Below, one piece after another: positions 53,179 to 64,000 of a stretch of 64,000 nucleotides of DNA; position 1 is the stretch's first letter; each line of letters starts with the position of its first letter. The notes under the pieces are model-generated. The model did no database searches and had not been told where the DNA came from. It worked only from the letters and a program-made list of their open reading frames with translations. The translations under genes and the position numbers were made by a program. Source of the stretch: the human T2T-CHM13v2.0 reference genome, Homo sapiens; assembly GCF_009914755.1 (NCBI RefSeq), contig NC_060929.1. One strand, given 5' to 3'.

Positions 53179-53232
53179 CAGTTGAATCGCTTGGTCCCGA
53201 GTGTTAAGCCTCAGCCTTGGTAAAGATGTCAT
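53179..53232 (-). CDS. MYO10: Candidate alternative first coding exon of MYO10 (MTSLPRLRLNTRDQAIQL)
   Basis: ATG (gcgATGa) followed by 18 codons ending exactly at a strong donor CTG|gtaagc in phase 0, compatible with exon 2. In-frame upstream stop. Local CpG enrichment in unique sequence. Confidence 0.55.
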
Positions 53233-54460
53233 CGCTGAAGTCTCATTACCGACCCATCAAGCCCAGATTTCCACCATGAACCATCTCCAGAGACCTTCGT
53301 TCCGCCACGTCAGGGTCAGCTAATGCTCAGCAAATTATCCACTTAGTAAATTCATTTCACCGTCAACAGATAGTGGTGCAGACTCGTGTTCTAACAAATT
53401 AAATATCCCATTCGGAGTTCTGAGGAGTCTTTTTAAGTTATTCCCAATCAATAAGAAAAGCACACATGACACTAAAGCTCCTCTAGAAAGATGGCTCATT
53501 TCTCTTCCAATGTCAAAAAGCCATGAAGTAAAAAAAAAAAAAAAAAAAAAAAAAATCAGATTACATTAAATTACTTGCTTTTTTTCTCCTCTTGCTAGGA
53601 AGGGAAAAGAGGAGAGGAGAAGCATGGAAAGAACTCACTCCTAAATCACAGATTAAATCCAGGAAGTTTAAGATGATCCAATTTCATTTCCCTCCTGCCT
53701 GAAGATTTGATGAGAGCAGCAAGGGTGTGAACCTATAAGCAGCCTTCCATTTATTTTCAGCAAATAAAAAAGTTTTGCCTGCTGATTCAACTGCCCTCAC
53801 CAAGCTTTTAGAGTGATTCATCACTGTGGCTGGCAAGAAAACAATAGGCTTGATGAAAATTAAGAAGAAAAACCACACACTTACTCATCAAAATTGGGAG
53901 AAACGGAAAAGAAAAAAGATATGAATTCACTGGTAAAGGTTCACGTACCCCATTCAAAGAGGCTGCCTCTTGCATTATCAGGGTTGGTAACAAAAATGTT
54001 GGTAATTAACTAAAATAATTAGATGACACGAAGAGGTCCAAAGAATATAGTGTAGATTGCTAACGTCAGCCCCTTCAATCTTTCTTTCATCTCAGAAATA
54101 TACAAATCAGGTCCGTATTGTCTGTTCCTTCGCTTCTTAGGATCAGTGGAAACTCAAAGTTGAGAAGGCCTAGAAATAAAAATGGCTTAATATCCCAACT
54201 ATTAACCAATGCTGCAGAAATCAATGTTGGAATAAATAAAACAAACATATAACTATAGATCTAGATATTTAATATAACCAAGTTGTACTAAATATAATGC
54301 CGGTATTAAAATTAATAAAAATCAGATTAATGCATCATTCACACACACCCCGAAGAGTACACTATGGAAATTACTTTAGGAATAATGATTTTATTTAGAA
54401 AATGCAGCATATTAAAATAAAATACAAGAGGGAAGATTCTTGTAAGTCAATCTTTTATAT

Positions 54461-54676
54461 CAGGTTTTCTTACCCTTAACACTATTGACCTATTAGACTG
54501 GATCAATCTTCATTGTGGGGGCTGCCCTCTGCAATTGAGGATGTTTAGCAGCATCCTCAGCTTCTACCCACTAGACACCAGTAGTCACCTCCCATCAGTG
54601 TTAACAACCAGAAATGTCTCCTGATACTTCTAAATATCCCCGGTGAGGCAAAAGTGCCTCCAGTTGAGAACTACCA
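54461..54676 (-). mobile_element. MER20
   Basis: ggatgtttagcagcatcctcagcttctacccactagacaccagtag. Confidence 0.82.
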
Positions 54677-54699
54677 TTCTATGCAAACCAGTAACTCTA

Positions 54700-55011
54700 G
54701 CAGGACATGGTGGGTCATGCCTGTATTCCCAGCACTTTGGGAGGCTGAGAGGGGAGGAGAGGATCACTGGAACCCAGAAGTTCAAGACCAGCCAGGGCAA
54801 CACAGGGAGACCCATCTCTACAAAAAAAAAAAGGAAAAAAAAAAGAAAAAATCAGATGGGCATGGTGGCACACATCTGTAGTCCCAGCTACTCAAAAGGC
54901 CGAACGGGGGAGAATCTCTTGAGCCCAGGAGGTCCGGGGTATAGTGAGCTGTGATTGCATCACTGCACTCCGGCCTAGGCAAAAAAGCAAGACCCTGGGT
55001 CCAAAAAAAAA
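54700..55011 (+). mobile_element. AluJ-like
   Basis: TSD agtaa(c/t)tcta. Confidence 0.85.
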
Positions 55012-55616
55012 GTAATTCTAACCTATGTATCCATCCCTTGATAACTTCCAGGCTACATACTTTACAACAAAGAATATTTCTGCTGATCTAACCATGCTAG
55101 CCACTTTCTTTTTAAACTACAGAATACGTATTCCATAGGAATAAAAAATATTAGCAGCTGCCAAGTAGCACCACCTTAACTAAATCACAGCCTTCAAAAG
55201 CTGGTTTAAATGTAAACCATCCATTACCTTTTAAAGTCTCACACTACTAGGAGAGTCAATTTCCAAAATAGTTTCTTAAAATTGTTATCATTAAACTTGA
55301 AAGAAACAGTTTCAAGTTTAATGGGTAAGGAAGATGTGAAGAGTCCAAAAGCCCAAAGCTGTGACTAGACAGCTGCGTGTCACTTCCATCTACAAGGCAG
55401 ATAGAAGCATCAGCTCAGCAGCTCAGCAGATTACAAGCAAGATTTACAAACTGCATATGGATTCCAAAGCAAATACACTTTCCCTCAATATTGCTTCATG
55501 GAAGCTAGAGTTTACCAGAAATAGACGAAACTCCAAAAAAATAACTGATGAAATTCAGTGTGGCCTTGGCATTCCACACGGATGCTCCCTGGAAACACAA
55601 AATTTCACTGAAACTA

Positions 55617-55928
<312 letters not shown>

Positions 55929-56222
55929 CACTGAAAGTATTTTTCGAGCCCTCACTCGGAACAGGGATCACTTACTTACGCCAATCACTCGGGATGAGTG
56001 TGCAGTTGCTGTCATCACAAAAAGAAGCAGAAGGTCTATGTTTCTGCTTTTGCTTGGCTATAGGAAAATTTCTATTCCTTGTTCCAGTCACTGGCAGAAA
56101 TCAGCTAATTCCTTTTGGACTTGTATTACCTGACTGTTCTGCTCTGTATGGAGAAGCAAATATGCATTCCTGAAGATTTCCACACAGTCTCTATTCTTCC
56201 GACTTCAAAAGCCTACCAGAAC

Positions 56223-56568
<346 letters not shown>

Positions 56569-56569
56569 T

Positions 56570-56790
56570 CATGGAGCTAGAGCTCTCTGGCCTCCTATCC
56601 TGGCTCTATCATTTCCCAGCTGTGTGAACTTGAGCAGACTACCTCCCTTCTCTAAGACTCTGTGTTCTCATACATAAAATAAAGATGTAAACAATACAAT
56701 CACTTAGGACTACCAAGCAGATTAAATGAATTAATACATGTAAAAAGCTCAGCACAGTCCTAGCCCATGGTAAGTGTCCAATAAACCTTC
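56570..56790 (+). mobile_element. MIR
   Basis: cctggctctatcatttcccagctgtgtgaacttgagcagactacc ... gattaaatgaattaatacatgtaaaaagctcagcacagt. Confidence 0.75.
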
Positions 56791-56822
56791 ACAAGTTAAA
56801 TAATGGAATAAATAAACACACA

Positions 56823-57460
<638 letters not shown>

Positions 57461-57464
57461 TTAA

Positions 57465-58367
<903 letters not shown>

Positions 58368-58855
58368 TCAAAGCTTTGCGAGAGAATACGACCTTTTTCC
58401 TAGTGGAGAACAACTGTCAGTTTAATTACTCAGTATAATAAATATTTCTCTAACACTCTAGGGAAAGGAACTAAAAAAGCACTTAGGGGGTGAGGGGTCT
58501 GAGAACGGGGACCAATGAAAGCCTTAGCGCAGTGGTTCCAGCTGGCCAGGAATATTCTAACTAGGCTGAACAACTGAACACATGACTCAGACAGTAAATA
58601 ATGATTGTAAATGCCCAAACCTTATGGGGAGAGTTTGGATCCCAAAGAATAAAATTTCCACACTGATAAATGTGTGGTCTCCCACACATTTACTACTGTG
58701 AAAGGCCATTAGGAAACAGTAGATCTGGTGGAATTCAGGGTCTGGAAAAAAGAAAAGGAAAAAGAAAAAAAAAAAAAACGAAAACAGTGGAGATGAGGAA
58801 GATCGAAAAAATACTATCAAGTTTCATCTGTGGCCTTAAGAGTATAGACATGATA

Positions 58856-59526
<671 letters not shown>

Positions 59527-59876
59527 TCAGAGAGATAAAACAACAACAGTAACAAATTTGGGGAGATATAAGTAAGATCCAAATAGATGACTGGCTCTCT
59601 AGAAAATGAAGTGTAAGGGAAGGCTGAAACAGCTCAGTATGTTACTGGTCTAAAAGGAGTGTGTGACCCATTCAGCAACCTCTAGGGTCAGGAGAGGAGA
59701 GTGTGAGCTGCAGCAGGCAGCAGAGGAGGCAAGGCTAGCCAGCAGGTCCATGGTCACCGTCTTCAGGATCCTGGGCCAAGGCAAAGTGTTCATGTATCTA
59801 CTCTAGGGTTGTAGTTTCGTTTCTGAGAATGGTTAGCTCAGCCATCTGGACAGGTGGGTTTTACAAACTTGTGCTC

Positions 59877-60180
59877 AGCCATGTGTGATGGCTTACACCT
59901 GTAATTCCAGCACTCTGGGACGCTGAGGAGGGAGGATAGCTTGGGCCCAGGAGTTCAAGACCAGCCTGGGCAACATAGTGAGACCTTATCTCTATAAAAA
60001 ATTTGAAAATTAGCCGGGCGAGGTGGCACATGCCTGTGGTCCTAGCTACTGGGGAGGCTGAGGCAAGAGGATCCCTTGAGCCTGGGAGGTGGAGGCTGCA
60101 GTGAGCTGTGATAGTGCCACTGCACTCCAGCTTCAGAGACAGAGCAAGACTCTATCTCAAAAAAGAAAGAAAAGGAAAAA
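59877..60180 (+). mobile_element. AluJ-like
   Basis: J diagnostics. Confidence 0.88.
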
Positions 60181-60364
60181 GAGAAGAGGGGAGGGGAGGG
60201 TGAACTAGTGCTTTTTCCTGCAATAGTAAGTTGTCCAGTTTCAACGAGAGTTCTAGTTTCTTCAGCCTTCAACTGCTAAATCCCCCTGGGTCACATCATG
60301 AGAAGAACAAAACATGGGTAGAAATAAACAGAAGTAAACCTGTATTAAATGACAATTTAAATGA

Positions 60365-60714
<350 letters not shown>

Positions 60715-60788
60715 ACCTGGCACTAAACTCTTATTTCAAAGTCCAGAAAGATTTCCTAGGTTAATAAATAATAAGCCTTAAACACGCC

Positions 60789-60791
<3 letters not shown>

Positions 60792-60822
<31 letters not shown>
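60792..60822. repeat. (CA)n microsatellite
   Basis: Directly visible. Confidence 0.93.
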
Positions 60823-60825
<3 letters not shown>

Positions 60826-60936
60826 CCTAACATCCTGGCCACCTAACATGTGAACCACCACAACATAGTAACTGTTGTTGCCTAGGGTTAACTCACAAGG
60901 ATACTAAAATGCAAAGAAATAAAAATCAGAAAAATT

Positions 60937-61230
60937 GGCCGAGTGCGATGGCTTGCACTTATAATCCCAGCACTTTAGGAGGCCAAAGGGGAAGAATCCC
61001 TTGAGCTCAGGAGTTCGAGACCAGCCTGGGCAAAACAAGGAGCCCTCATCTCTACAAAAAATGTAAAAATTAGCCAGGCAAGGTGGCACAGGCCTGTGGT
61101 CCCAGCTACTCAGGAGGCTGAGGTGGGAGGATCGCCTGAGCCAAAGAGATCAAGGCTGCAGTGAGCCATGATAGCACCACTGCACTCCAGCCTAAATGAT
61201 GGAGTGAGACGCTGTCTCAAAAAACTAAAG
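60937..61230 (+). mobile_element. AluJ-like
   Basis: J diagnostics. Confidence 0.88.
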
Positions 61231-61749
61231 TAAAAATCCATACAAATAATTCTCCAAATGAATGTCCACTGGCTCCCCAGGCAATGTACAGCCTAGTGCC
61301 TTGAGTGTGCTTTGGCCTTAAACGAACATCAACGACCACGCTGGGGGGCGGGATGAATGGAGCATGTGAATCAAGAGCCTTGTTTGCAATTAACAGAAAA
61401 GATGGCCTTCTCCTGGTTCACAGAAGACCTAAAAATGGAAATGAAAATCTAGTATCATGAGCTAACTTCCTCCGCTAATCAATGTATTTCCTTAAGCTTC
61501 TAGTAAGGAGTTACAAAATCCCCGGGGTCATAAATACATCATGACAGGGTCTCTCAGCTGCGCAGCTGCCAGCTGCACTGACACCTCTCATGAAACTTCC
61601 ACTGCCAAATAATCCAAATAAGAATCTGCAAACTTTGTGATCCAACATTTCCACTCCCGGGAAATTTTACTCCTCAGGAAATAATCAAATAGGCACGCAA
61701 TGACTTAGGTACAAAAGCGTTCATGCGCTGTTTTCTAGAAACAACCTAA

Positions 61750-62261
<512 letters not shown>

Positions 62262-62597
62262 TATCACTTACTATTAATAATATTAGCAAAAGTTTCCCAA
62301 AACCCAAACAGAAGTAATTTGGCCATTACACTTAACAAATGTTTTGAATAATTTTAGAGAAAACTTTTCCTCAATCAGAAAGGACCTGGATGTGAAACAT
62401 GCAACAAAAGTAATAATTGAAGAAAATATTTAAAAATCAGAATGAAATAAAACATCTGCATGACTGAGAAGGAAAAGATTCACATAGACCTAATCCCCAA
62501 ACATTTCACATAGACCATTTTCTGGCCAATATGCATTATGGTACACGCATTACGGTATACTCCTGGGTTGCCCAGGCAACAGAGTAAGTAAGAGTAG

Positions 62598-62842
62598 GTG
62601 GTGCAATCTCGGCTCACTGCAACCTCTGCCTCCTGGGTTCAAGCAATTCTCCTGCCTCAGCCTTCCCAAGTAGCTGGGATTACAGGCGCCTGCTACCACA
62701 TCTGGCTAACTTTTGTATTTTTAGTAGAGATGAGGTTTCACCTTGTTGGCCAGGCTGGTCTCGAACTCCTGACCTCAGGTGATCCACCCGCCTCGGCATC
62801 CCAAAGTGCTGAGGTAACAGGCATGAGCCACCGTGTCCGGCC
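62598..62842 (-). mobile_element. AluS lacking its 3' end and tail
   Basis: Reverse consensus begins abruptly at gtggtgcaatctcggctcac. Confidence 0.88.
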
Positions 62843-62959
62843 TCAGTTTTCTTTATAACATACACAGCATTGAAAAGTTATAAAGAACCTCAGAAATACC
62901 TGATTTAAGAAATGGTGATAAATCACAATATCAGCAATAATGACTCACACAGAATGCCT

Positions 62960-63373
62960 GGTTATCTCTTATCCAGAAGTCTTGCTGCCAAAAGTGTTTC
63001 AGAATTTGGAATATTTGCAAGACACCAGTTCAGCATCCCTAATAAAAAATCCAAACTCCAAAATGCTCCAAACAGCATTTTCTTTGAGTGTCATTTCGGC
63101 ACTCAGTAGAGTGGCTATGGTTAACATTAATTGATTGTACATTTCAAAATACCTAAAAGAGGATAATTTGAATATCCCTAGCATAAAGATAACAATTTAA
63201 GGTAATGGATATGCCAATGACCCTGATGTGATTATATGAAAGCATCAAATGATCACATGTACCTGGAAAACGTAAATCTAATATGAAAAATTAACAATAA
63301 ATATTTTTTTCAAAGTTTCCAATTTGGGAGAATTTCAAATTTTGGATTTTCAGATTACGGATATTCAACCTGG
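62960..63373. mobile_element. Tigger4a/MER46A-like MITE split by an L1MA 3' fragment (~63106-63305)
   Basis: aaaatgctccaaacagcattttctttgagtgtcatttcggcactca ... ggattttcagattacggatattcaacctg. Confidence 0.75.
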
Positions 63374-63550
63374 ATAATGAAACTAAAATACTTTGTAGTA
63401 CTTCTTAAAATCAATAATCTATCATATGCAATCTCATTCTTTTTTTAATGTAAATATTGCTGTATGAATTTCGCTGACAATGTCAGTAACTACTGTCCTG
63501 CCTCAGCAAAGCAGGCCATCTCTAGACTTAGATTAAGAAAAGAACAATCT

Positions 63551-63848
63551 GGCCAGGTGGGGTGGCTCACGCCTGTAATCCCAGAACTTCCGGAGGCCAA
63601 GGCTAGTGGATCAATTGAGGTCACAAGCTTCAGATCAGCCTGGTCAACATGATGAAACCCCGTCTCTACTGTAAATACAAAAATTAGCCAGGCATGGTGG
63701 CACACACTTGTAATCCCAGCTACGTGGGAGGCTGAGGCAGAAGGATTGCTTGAACTCGGGAGGTGGAGGTTGCAGTAAGCCAAAATTGCGCCACTACACT
63801 CCAGCCTGGGCAAAAGAGGAAGACTCTGTCCCAGCAAAAAAAAAAAAG
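63551..63848 (+). mobile_element. AluS
   Basis: TSD aagaacaatct. Confidence 0.9.
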
Positions 63849-64000
63849 AACAATCTAAGAACCACAAAGAAAGGTTCTCCACCATGGTATTACTGTCTGT
63901 AAAACAAACTATTGTGATAATCTTGACTCTAACCACATAACAAGTGAGTTTGCTAAAATATGGACAAAAAAATAGATTTATGAAAAATATACTATGGAGT

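Overview
Primate (most likely human) genomic DNA lying inside the MYO10 (myosin X) gene, which is transcribed on the minus strand. The only confidently recognised coding exon is the 99-nt MYO10 exon 2 (14830-14928, GTRVWLRENGQHFPSTVNSCAEGIVVFRTDYGQ). Sequence to its right is the upstream intron (intron 1) and sequence to its left is intron 2. The rest is dense with repeats: about 57 Alus (roughly 4:1 antisense to MYO10), a full-length THE1A-like MaLR provirus, several solo LTRs, L1/L2/MIR fragments and DNA-transposon MITEs. An RPS26 processed pseudogene is inserted in an Alu. Most ORFs in the supplied track are Alu or simple-repeat read-throughs. I see no new multi-gene system. The best lead is a CpG-enriched unique segment near 53.2 kb that reads as an alternative first coding exon (MTSLPRLRLNTRDQAIQL|gtaagc), in phase with exon 2 and preceded by uORFs. 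Repeat subfamily calls and most repeat boundaries are by eye and approximate.
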